A DNA stretch of 64,000 nucleotides from Planctomycetota bacterium (GTDB taxonomy: Bacteria > Planctomycetota > UBA1135 > UBA2386): the NCBI GenBank assembly GCA_046290465.1, contig JBKAGP010000001.1:1792001-1856000 (forward strand). Direction: 5' to 3'. How positions within the stretch are numbered: position 1 is the first letter of the stretch; each line of letters begins with the position of its first letter. A program made the translations under genes and the position numbers. Shown piece after piece: positions 56,130 to 64,000 of this stretch. The notes under the pieces are model-generated. The model had not been told where the DNA came from, made no database searches, and worked only from the letters and a program-made list of their open reading frames with translations.

Positions 56130-57098
56130 CTACTTCTTCTTGACCGGCAGCACCACCGCGGCCTCGAGCACGACCGGCTGCTGCGGGGTCGAGCGCTGCG
56201 GGCCGCCGACCGCCACGTTAGCGATCGCGTCGAGCACGTCGGTGCCTTCGACCAGGTTGCCGAACGCCGAGTACTGGTTGTCCAGGTGCGGCGAGTCCTT
56301 GTGCACGATGAAGAAGCCCGAGCCGGCCGAGTTCGGATCCGACGTGCGGGCCATCGACAGCGTGCCCTTCAGGTGGCGCAGGTCGTTGAACTCGGCGTCG
56401 ATCCGGTAGCCGGGACCGCCGCTGCCCCACTGCGCGCGCTTGGTCTCGTCCTTGGTGTTGGGGCAGCCGCCCTGGATCATGAAGTTGCGGATCACGCGGT
56501 GGAACTTGGTGCCGTCGTAGAAGCCCTGCAGGCACAGCTTGACGAAGTTCTCGACGTGGCGCGGCGCCTTGTCGGGGCGGAAGGCCAGCTGCATCTCGCC
56601 GTAGTTGGTGACCAGGATCACCTGGGTCTTGGCGAGGTCGAGCTGCTCGACCTTCACGTTCGAGCTGTCGGGCGCGACCTTGAAGGTGCAGTCGACGCCG
56701 ACCTGGTCCTTCCAGCCGACCGCGACCACGGCCATCTCCTGGAGGTCCGGGTTGGCCATGAACGCCGACACCGGGAAGGTCAGCTGCCGCTCGATGCGCG
56801 TGCCCTTGACCAGCGGCACGGCGCCGCCCTTGCCGGGCTGGCTGATCGGGTTGGCCGGCTTGCCGCCGACCCGCACCGTCAGGTCCATGCCGTTGAGCAT
56901 GGTCGCCGCGACCTCGGTGTCGCGGGAGACCTCGACCAGCAGCCGCAGGGTCACGTCCGCCTTCGCGGAGACAATCGCGGGACCGGTCAGCGACATGCGC
57001 ACGGCCGGCACTTCCTGGAGCACCGGCTTGTCCTGGGCGGAGACGGCCGCGGCCAGCGAGAGCGCGGCGGCGGTGACGACAGCGAGGAAGTTCTTCAT
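56130..57098 (-). CDS. Secreted cyclophilin-type PPIase with extra N-terminal domain
   Basis: Signal peptide; about 130-aa beta-rich domain; FHRVIRNFMIQGG and LSMART motifs. Confidence 0.92.
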   Translation of the reverse strand: MKNFLAVVTAAALSLAAAVSAQDKPVLQEVPAVRMSLTGPAIVSAKADVTLRLLVEVSRDTEVAATMLNGMDLTVRVGGKPANPISQPGKGGAVPLVKGTRIERQLTFPVSAFMANPDLQEMAVVAVGWKDQVGVDCTFKVAPDSSNVKVEQLDLAKTQVILVTNYGEMQLAFRPDKAPRHVENFVKLCLQGFYDGTKFHRVIRNFMIQGGCPNTKDETKRAQWGSGGPGYRIDAEFNDLRHLKGTLSMARTSDPNSAGSGFFIVHKDSPHLDNQYSAFGNLVEGTDVLDAIANVAVGGPQRSTPQQPVVLEAAVVLPVKKK

Positions 57099-57189
57099 CG
57101 GGAACGGATAGGGATTCTGGCCCCGAACGTAATCGAAGCCCCCGAACTTCCCAGCCCGTTCCCGGCGGCCGGCGGCCGGGATCCGCCGG

Positions 57190-57627
57190 TCAGTCGCCGT
57201 CGAGCACCGGCGCCGGACGGCGGCGCCCCTGCAGCAGTTCGCCGACCAGCCCCTCGCGCCAGCGCTCGAGCACGAGGTCCCGATCGAACCAGAGCACGCA
57301 GCCGGGCAGGTGGTTGCCGCCGAAGTCCATCTCGAAGCTCAGCGAGGCGTCGTCCCCCACCGGCGCCGAGATGTCGAGGCCCCAGCCGTACTGCTGGCTC
57401 CAGTACCAGATCAGCGCGACGCCCGACGACAGGTCCATGCCGACCTGGTACTCCTGCACGTCGACCGGCGCACCGAGCTTCTGCAGACAGGTCGTCAGGT
57501 CGTCCTTGCCGGGCTGCAGTGCGCGCAGCAGCTCGAGGTCGACCGGCTCGTTGATCGAGACCTGGTTGTAGTTGCCCGTGACGCAGGCGCCGACGCACAG
57601 CAGGGGCAGCAGCGCTGCCGACCTCAC
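57190..57627 (-). CDS. Small lipoprotein, BamE/SmpA-like
   Basis: VGAC lipobox; LQPG...L..LGAP pattern; late LWFD.D.VL. Confidence 0.6.
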   Translation of the reverse strand: MRSAALLPLLCVGACVTGNYNQVSINEPVDLELLRALQPGKDDLTTCLQKLGAPVDVQEYQVGMDLSSGVALIWYWSQQYGWGLDISAPVGDDASLSFEMDFGGNHLPGCVLWFDRDLVLERWREGLVGELLQGRRRPAPVLDGD

Positions 57628-58070
57628 TTGCCGACTCCCGGTCGGTCGGCGTCGCGCGCGGCGTTGTCTTCGGCTTCGTGCACGTCCTCCCACGGCATCG
57701 CGTACTGGGTCCGGTGCGAACCGTAGGTGGCGCCGAAGTGCGACAGCACGTCGTTCTCGTCGAAGAACACCCACAGCCGGTCCTGCCGGGTGTCCTGGTT
57801 GCCGAGGTTGACCAGCAGCAGGAACAGCACCGCGCTCTTGGTCGTGCTCGAGTCGTAGCGGTAGGCGGTGCGCTTGCCGAGCTGCACGACCTCGTTGGGG
57901 CCGCCGAGCTTCTCGACCACCTGGCGGGCGGTCGTGGTGCCCGGCACCAGCTCGTTGACGAGCCGCGCGTCGATCGGCTCGTTGAGGTCCTGGCGGGCGA
58001 TGCCGCAGCCGCAAAGGGTGCTGGCGAGGGTCGCGGCGAGGGAGAGGGACAGCGTTCGGAACAGCTTCAT
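57624..58070 (-). CDS. Small lipoprotein, BamE/SmpA-like
   Basis: LCGC lipobox; LVPGTTTARQVVEKLGGP and LWVFFDENDVL match the BamE-like pattern. Confidence 0.7.
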   Translation of the reverse strand: MKLFRTLSLSLAATLASTLCGCGIARQDLNEPIDARLVNELVPGTTTARQVVEKLGGPNEVVQLGKRTAYRYDSSTTKSAVLFLLLVNLGNQDTRQDRLWVFFDENDVLSHFGATYGSHRTQYAMPWEDVHEAEDNAARDADRPGVGK

Positions 58071-58221
58071 GCTTTCTGCGAGGGGTCGATCGGGGCGCGC
58101 CACGCGGCGCGCGAAGACTCGCGGCGCGGGAGCGGCGGCCGCAGGTGGCCGTTGCGCCGGATTCTCGTTCGCAGCAGCGGCGATTTTCCGGACGGCTGGG
58201 CCTGCCGGACAGGGCATCGGA

Positions 58222-59400
58222 TCAGCGTTCGAACTCCATCGCCATGCCCATGCCGCCGCTCATGCACAGCGTCGCGAGGCCGCGCTTGCCGTCACGGCGC
58301 GCCAGTTCGTGCAGCAGCGTGACGACGATGCGCGCGCCGGTCGCGCCGATCGGGTGGCCGAGCGCGATCGCGCCGCCGTTGACGTTGAGCCGCTCGCGAT
58401 CGATCGGCAGGTCGCGCAGGCACGCGAGCATCTGCGCCGCGAACGCCTCGTTGAGCTCGACCAGGTCGAAGTCGGCGAGCGAGCGACCGGCCCGCTCGCA
58501 CAGCTTCTTGACGGCCGGCACCGGACCGATGCCCATGATGCGCGGCGCGACGCCGGCGGTCGCCGACGCGCCGAGCCAGGCCAGCGGCGTCAGGCCGCGG
58601 CGCTCCACCTCGCTCTGCGGCATCAGCACGACGGCGGCGCCGCCGTCGGTGATGCCCGAGCTGTTGCCGGCGTGCACGGTGCCGTTGTCGCGGCGGAACA
58701 CCGGCTTGAGCTTCTGCAGGTCTTGCAGCGTCACGCCGGCACGGATGTGCTCGTCGGTCGCGACCTCGACCTCCTGCTTGCGCTGCTTGACGGTCAGCTT
58801 GACGACCTCGTCGTCGAAGCGGCCGGCCCGCTGCGCGGCCTCACCGCGGCGGTGCGACGCGAGCGCGTATTCGTCCTGCTCGTCCCGGGTGATGCCGTAG
58901 TCGTCGACCAGGTACTCGGCGGTCATGCCCATCGGCTCGTCGAGGATGCCGCAGGTGAAGCCGTCCTTGTAGTTGCCGTCCTGCACCTCGCGGTGGCCGA
59001 GCCGGTAGCCCTGGCGGAAGTCCGGCAGCAGGAACGGGATGTTCGTCATGCTCTCCATGCCGCCCGCGACCACCACCTTCTGGCCGTCGAGCAGGATCGC
59101 CGCGCGGGCCAGGTCGATCGCCTTCAGGCTGCTGCCGCAGGCCTTGTTGACGGTGGTCGCCACCGCTCCCTCGCCACAGCCGGCGCGGATCGCGACCTGC
59201 CGGGCCGGGTTCGGACCCGAGCCGAGCTGACGCGCCTGGCCCATGTACACTTCGTCGACATCCGTAGGGGCAACCCCGCAGCGCTCGAGCGCGCCCGCAA
59301 CGGCGGCACAGCCCAGATCCACCGCTGACAGCGGCGACAGGGAGCCGAGAAACTTGCCGATCGGGGTCCGGACGGCGCTGACGATCGCGATGCGTTCCAT
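58222..59400 (-). CDS. Acetyl-CoA C-acyltransferase (thiolase)
   Basis: RTPIG, VNKACGS, GGMESM, ELNEAFA, GHPIGATG and LCMSGGMG motifs. Confidence 0.95.
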   Translation of the reverse strand: MERIAIVSAVRTPIGKFLGSLSPLSAVDLGCAAVAGALERCGVAPTDVDEVYMGQARQLGSGPNPARQVAIRAGCGEGAVATTVNKACGSSLKAIDLARAAILLDGQKVVVAGGMESMTNIPFLLPDFRQGYRLGHREVQDGNYKDGFTCGILDEPMGMTAEYLVDDYGITRDEQDEYALASHRRGEAAQRAGRFDDEVVKLTVKQRKQEVEVATDEHIRAGVTLQDLQKLKPVFRRDNGTVHAGNSSGITDGGAAVVLMPQSEVERRGLTPLAWLGASATAGVAPRIMGIGPVPAVKKLCERAGRSLADFDLVELNEAFAAQMLACLRDLPIDRERLNVNGGAIALGHPIGATGARIVVTLLHELARRDGKRGLATLCMSGGMGMAMEFER

Positions 59401-59489
59401 CGCCGGCAGTGTGGGGTCCGGCCCCGGCGGTCGCAAGCGGCTTGCAGGGTCTTCACCGGGGCGCGCCCGAAGGCCGATGAAAGAGGCCG

Positions 59490-60095
59490 ATGAACGGGCG
59501 ATCCCGAACCCCCGACGACGCGACGGCCTTCCGCGAGGTGGTCTCGCAGTGGCTGCTCGCTGCGCGCACCGAGGTCAAGAAGGCCTCGTCGCTGCCGTCG
59601 TCGATGTTCGACGCCTCCGACCCGATGCTCGAGGCGCGCCTGGCCGAAACCGTCGAGGCGATGATGCAGTTGCTACACGAGCCCGAGGCGGCGGCGCTCG
59701 CCAGGCAGGCCTCCGGCGAACACCTCGAACTTCGCGCCGAGCACGTCTCGGACGAAGAGCTGCGCGCGCTGCCGCACCACATCCGCCACGACCTCGACGA
59801 GGCCGACCTCGAGGACCACGTCTCGTCCGAGTACCTCAACCTGCTGATCGACACGTGCACGACCGGCGACGCGCCGACCCAGGCGGCGGCGCGCGCGTTG
59901 CTGGCGCAGGACTTCGACGTCGCGTCGACCTCGGACCTCGATGCGGCCACCCAAGAGCTGTTCCACTGCATGCAGCGGGTCATCGGCGCGGCCGGCGCCG
60001 ACGAGGCCGACGAACGGCGCCTCGCCGAGCTGTGCGAGGCGATCGCCGCGACGGTCGTGGTCGCCGCCAACCAACCCGAGGAGCCGAACCCGTGA
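59490..60095 (+). CDS. Hypothetical acidic helical protein
   Basis: ORF with typical codon usage; GTGA overlap with the HD-GYP gene. Confidence 0.65.
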   Translation: MNGRSRTPDDATAFREVVSQWLLAARTEVKKASSLPSSMFDASDPMLEARLAETVEAMMQLLHEPEAAALARQASGEHLELRAEHVSDEELRALPHHIRHDLDEADLEDHVSSEYLNLLIDTCTTGDAPTQAAARALLAQDFDVASTSDLDAATQELFHCMQRVIGAAGADEADERRLAELCEAIAATVVVAANQPEEPNP

Positions 60096-61561
60096 GCCAG
60101 CGCGGCCAGCTGCGTCGACGCAGCGCCGTGGTCGACTTCGGCCACGCGCTGGTCCAGGCGGTGCTCAACCGGCTGCTGCACGCGCGCGACAGCCGCTTCG
60201 TGGCCGAGGCGCTGCAGGACTGCGTCGCCGCACTCGCGAAGGCCCAGACGGTCGGCGTCGAGATGCCGCTGCAGCTGCAGTTCGACGGCCTGCGGCTGTG
60301 CCACGACGGCCGCGCGCTCGACGGCCCGAGCCTGCAGGCCCACCCGCTGCTCGAACGCTGCGCCGAGCGCGAGGTCGCGATGCTGTCGTTCGGCCCGCAG
60401 CTCGGCACGACCGAACTCAACCGCCTGCTCGACCTGCTGCTGCTGCCCGAGAACGTCGAGGCGCTGAAGCGCGGCCACCGCCAGGCGACGCTGTGCGCGT
60501 TCGGCATCAAGCACGTCAAGGTCACGCTCGGCAGCCCGGCCGACCCCGACAACCCGACCCGCCGACTCGCCGACGACGACAGCGCGCTGCAGCACTACCA
60601 GCAGCTGGCGACCGCGCTGCAGGACAACCACCGGCTCGCGCACGGCGACCACGAGCTCGCGCTCGACCGCGCTGCGACTGCCGTCGAGGCGTCGCTCGCC
60701 GAGTTCGACGAACCGAGCATGCTGCTGTCGCTGTCGATGCCGGACGACGTCGACCGCTTCACGGTCGGCCACTCGGTGCGGGTCGCGCTGCTGGCGCTGC
60801 AGGTCGCGCGCGGCCTCGGCGCGAGCCGCGACCAGCTGGTCCGGGTCGGCGCCGCCGCGCTGATGCACGACATCGGCAAGTCGAAGGTGCCGCAGGAGGT
60901 GCTGTTCAAGCAGGGCCGGCTGACCGCCGACGAATGGCACTGGATGGAGCAGCACCCGCGGCTCGGCGCGCAGATCCTGATCGAGCAGCACGAGCACGTC
61001 GACCCGCGCACCATCGGCGCCGCGTTCTGCCACCACATGGGCCCCACCCGCGGCTACCCCGAGCCGATGATGCCGATGCAGCCGAGCGCGACCAGCAGCC
61101 TGATCCGGGTCTGCGACGTGTTCGAAGCGCTGACGGCGGTGCGTCCCTACAAGCGCGCCCTGACGCCGATCGAGGCCTTCGCGGTGATGCACCGCAACCC
61201 CGGCGACTTCGACGCGCGCTGGCTCAACAGCTTCGTGCGCACGCTCGGCCTGTTCCCGACCGGCACCCGCGTGCAGCTGGTCGATGGCAGCGACGGCGTC
61301 GTGGTCGCGCAGGGCGCGCACCTGCTGCGCCCGCACGTCCGGCTGCTGACCGGGCCCGAGGGGGCTGCGCTGCCCGATGGCCACCCCGGCGGGATCACCG
61401 TCGGCGAGCCGTTCGAGGGCGCGGTGCCGCAGATCGCGTGCGTCATCACGCACGACCGCGAACTGCCGATCCCGGACTTCGACCCGCTCGACCCGGCCGA
61501 GCACGGCCCGTGTGCGCACGACGCCTGCCTGTCGCACCACGACCACGATCCCGCCCGCTGA
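60092..61561 (+). CDS. HD-GYP domain cyclic dinucleotide phosphodiesterase
   Basis: HSVRVA, MHDIGK, HP..G, HH....GYP and CDVFEALTAVRPYK motifs. Confidence 0.9.
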   Translation: MSQRGQLRRRSAVVDFGHALVQAVLNRLLHARDSRFVAEALQDCVAALAKAQTVGVEMPLQLQFDGLRLCHDGRALDGPSLQAHPLLERCAEREVAMLSFGPQLGTTELNRLLDLLLLPENVEALKRGHRQATLCAFGIKHVKVTLGSPADPDNPTRRLADDDSALQHYQQLATALQDNHRLAHGDHELALDRAATAVEASLAEFDEPSMLLSLSMPDDVDRFTVGHSVRVALLALQVARGLGASRDQLVRVGAAALMHDIGKSKVPQEVLFKQGRLTADEWHWMEQHPRLGAQILIEQHEHVDPRTIGAAFCHHMGPTRGYPEPMMPMQPSATSSLIRVCDVFEALTAVRPYKRALTPIEAFAVMHRNPGDFDARWLNSFVRTLGLFPTGTRVQLVDGSDGVVVAQGAHLLRPHVRLLTGPEGAALPDGHPGGITVGEPFEGAVPQIACVITHDRELPIPDFDPLDPAEHGPCAHDACLSHHDHDPAR

Positions 61562-61599
61562 GGCTGGCGCTCGCGGCCCCGGTCGCGTTCGATCTGCGC

Positions 61600-62676
61600 A
61601 TGCGCCTGCTCGCCCTGCTGCTGCTGTTCGCGTCGACGCTCTGCGCCCAGCGCAAGACCGAGAACGTGCTGCTGGTGACCCTCGACGGCCTGCGCTGGCA
61701 GGACGTCTTCACCGGTGCCGACAACCGGATGATGAACCAGCAGGACGGCGGCGTGCGCGACCTGCGCCAGCTGCGCAAGGAGTTCTACCGCGGCTCGCCG
61801 GAGGTGCGGCGCGCGCTGCTGATGCCGTTCTTGTGGCATGTGATCGCCGAGCAGGGACAGATCTTCGGCGACCCGTCGAAGGACGCCCGCGCGGTCGTCA
61901 CCAACCCGCACAAGTTCAGCTACCCCGGCTACAGCGAACTGCTCTGCGGCCTCGTCGACACCACCATCGACAGCAACAACAAGTTCCCCAACCCCAACGT
62001 CACGGTGCTCGAGTTCCTCAACGGCCGACCGGGCTTCGCGGGCAAGGTCGCGGCGTTCTCGGGCTGGGACGTGCACGAGTACATCGTCAACGAGCAGCGC
62101 AGCGGCATCTTCTGCGAGGTCGCGTGGGAACCGGTCACGGTCGCGACCAGCGAGCGCCGCGTGCGCGAACTCAACCGCATCGCCGACTCGCTGCCGCGCT
62201 ACTGGGCCGAGGGCTTCTGCTTCGACCTGCTGACCTACGAACGCTCGCGCGAGTACCTGCTGGCCAACAAGCCGCGCGTGCTCTACGTCGCGTTCGGCGA
62301 GACCGACGAGTGGGCGCACGCGCGCCGCTACGACATGTACCTGCAGATGGCGCACCGCGCCGACGAGATGGTGCGCGACCTCTGGGAGACGATGCAGACC
62401 ATCGACCAGTACCGCGGCAAGACCACGCTGGTGCTGACCGTCGACCACGGCCGCGGCCGCACGCCGCGCGACTGGACCGACCACAACGCCAAGGTCGAGG
62501 GCGCCGAGGAGGTCTGGATGGCGGTGATGGGACCCGACACGCCGGCGCTCGGCGTGCGCGAGGGCGTGCGCGCGACCCAGGCGATGATCGCCAGCACGGT
62601 CGCCGAGCTGCTCGGCGAGGACTTCCGCGCCAAGGTGCCCAACGCGGCCGGAGCGCTGCCGGGGGCGATGCGATGA
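61600..62676 (+). CDS. Secreted alkaline phosphatase superfamily protein
   Basis: Signal peptide; VLLVTLDGLRWQ, FSYPGY, ETDEWAH and TVDHGRG motifs. Confidence 0.85.
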   Translation: MRLLALLLLFASTLCAQRKTENVLLVTLDGLRWQDVFTGADNRMMNQQDGGVRDLRQLRKEFYRGSPEVRRALLMPFLWHVIAEQGQIFGDPSKDARAVVTNPHKFSYPGYSELLCGLVDTTIDSNNKFPNPNVTVLEFLNGRPGFAGKVAAFSGWDVHEYIVNEQRSGIFCEVAWEPVTVATSERRVRELNRIADSLPRYWAEGFCFDLLTYERSREYLLANKPRVLYVAFGETDEWAHARRYDMYLQMAHRADEMVRDLWETMQTIDQYRGKTTLVLTVDHGRGRTPRDWTDHNAKVEGAEEVWMAVMGPDTPALGVREGVRATQAMIASTVAELLGEDFRAKVPNAAGALPGAMR

Positions 62677-63386
62677 GCGCGCTGCCACCGCGCCCGGCGC
62701 TGTGGCGCGAGCTGCCGCGGGGCCGCGTGATGGCGTTCGCCCCCCACCCGGACGACGAGGCGGCGGGGCCCGGCGGCACGCTCGCGCTCCACGCGCTGCA
62801 AGGCGACCCGGTGCGCGTGGTGGTCTCGACCGACGGCACCAACGGCGACCCCGACGGCCGCTACCAGCCCGACGAGTATGCCGAACTGCGGCGACGGGAG
62901 TCGCGCGCGGGCCTGCGCGAACTCGGCCTCGACGACGTCGAGTACTGGGGCTTTCCGGACGGCTTCGAGCTCAGCGAGAACGACCTGTCGATGGCCACCC
63001 AGAAGGCGCTCGCGGCGATGCAGCAGGTCGCGCCAGACGTCGTCTACCTGCCGTGGTCCCGCGACGGCCACCCCGACCACCACGCGCTGCACGTCGTCGT
63101 GACGCGCGCACTCGACCAACTCGGTCGCGACGTGCTCGCGCTCGGCTACGAGGTCTGGAACGCGATGATCCCCGACGTGATCGTCGACATCACCGCGACC
63201 GCCGAACGGAAGCGCCGCGCGCTGCAGGCGCACGCGAGCCAGACCGACTACGTGCAGATCGACCACACGCTGCTCGGCCTCGCCGCCTACCGCAGCCAGG
63301 TGCACCTGCAGGGCCGGGGCTACGCCGAGGCGTTCGAACGGGTGCGGGGCACGCTGCCGGCCGGGCTGGCCGATCCGGACGCCTAG
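62673..63386 (+). CDS. PIG-L family deacetylase
   Basis: APHPDDE, TDG, RRRE, DGHPDH and HASQ motifs. Confidence 0.9.
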   Translation: MSALPPRPALWRELPRGRVMAFAPHPDDEAAGPGGTLALHALQGDPVRVVVSTDGTNGDPDGRYQPDEYAELRRRESRAGLRELGLDDVEYWGFPDGFELSENDLSMATQKALAAMQQVAPDVVYLPWSRDGHPDHHALHVVVTRALDQLGRDVLALGYEVWNAMIPDVIVDITATAERKRRALQAHASQTDYVQIDHTLLGLAAYRSQVHLQGRGYAEAFERVRGTLPAGLADPDA

Positions 63387-63469
63387 CGGGCAAAGCCCAG
63401 TCCGCACGCATACACGCCGCTTCCGCGATCACGGTTGGCAGCGCGTCCACTACATGGACGCGCTCCTAG
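63383..63469 (+). repeat. 87-bp dispersed element, copy 4
   Basis: Same sequence with CTAG at both ends. Confidence 0.92.
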
Positions 63470-63476
63470 CCGACCG

Positions 63477-64000
63477 CTACTGCACCACCACGACCAGCGC
63501 GTCCGACGCCGTGAAGCCCTGCGGGCCGCAGGCGTCGAGCACCATGCACTGGGTCGCGAACGTGAAGCCGCCGACGCCGGTCGGGATCGGCACGTTGATG
63601 CTGCTGCTGCCCAGCCCGTTGCTGGTGTTGCCGATCAGGATCAGGTTGGTCGGGTGGATCCAGACGTCGATGCCGAGCAGCGGCAGCGGCGCGGCCAGCG
63701 CGTTGAGCGAGAAGCCCCAGAAGGTCAGCGCGTTGGGGTCGGTGCCGGTGCAGACGACCCGGTAGTCGTTGTAGTTCTGCACCGACGGGCCGCTCGGGCA
63801 CAGCAGCAGGTCGCTGCCGCAGCCGGGCGTGCTGTTGCCGGTCGGCAGGCCGAAGTCGACCACCGGCAGGTTGGGCGTCAGCGCCAGCGCGTTGGCCGTG
63901 AACGTCACGCTGCCGCCGATCGTCGCGTCCTGCGTGCTGCTCGAGTCGAGCGCGTCGTTGTTGAGGTTCCAGGTCGACACGTAGCCGGGGATCGTCGACA
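63477..64000 (-). CDS. C-terminal part of a probable secreted protein (begins beyond the window)
   Basis: Open frame to the window edge; ends FTFATQCMVLDACGPQGFTASDALVVVVQ. Confidence 0.7.
   Translation of the reverse strand, partial: STIPGYVSTWNLNNDALDSSSTQDATIGGSVTFTANALALTPNLPVVDFGLPTGNSTPGCGSDLLLCPSGPSVQNYNDYRVVCTGTDPNALTFWGFSLNALAAPLPLLGIDVWIHPTNLILIGNTSNGLGSSSINVPIPTGVGGFTFATQCMVLDACGPQGFTASDALVVVVQ

Overview
Very GC-rich bacterial chromosomal DNA, gene-dense, with no rRNA, tRNA, CRISPR array or transposase that I can support. The style of the secreted proteins suggests an uncultured Planctomycetota lineage, but that is an impression only. In order, the window holds: a quinone operon (menG/ubiE, CPBP protease, ubiX, ubiA-family); a 1003-aa lipoprotein with a sigma54-type promoter and a strong terminator; an NHEJ locus in which LigD has an apparently dead ligase domain while an intact stand-alone ligase sits in a DUF72-Ku-ligase-MerR/TPR operon; NfeD-flotillin; and a glycogen locus with a GT3 synthase-phosphorylase fusion, GH57, a debranching enzyme and divergent glgC. 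These are followed by an uncharacterised operon (S51/cyanophycinase-like peptidase, two esterases, ATP-grasp ligase, then a pentaheme cytochrome c and two paralogous secreted proteins), nucleoside salvage, fdhD, pabB/pabC, two cyclophilins, thiolase/crotonase and an HD-GYP protein. The main non-coding signals are an 87-bp hairpin element (4 full copies plus 1 short) that always lies between convergent genes and overlaps TAG stop codons, two apparently lost stop codons in CTAG-like contexts, tandem repeats over start/stop junctions, and several structured intergenic regions. All functional calls come from motif recognition by eye; no searches were run.
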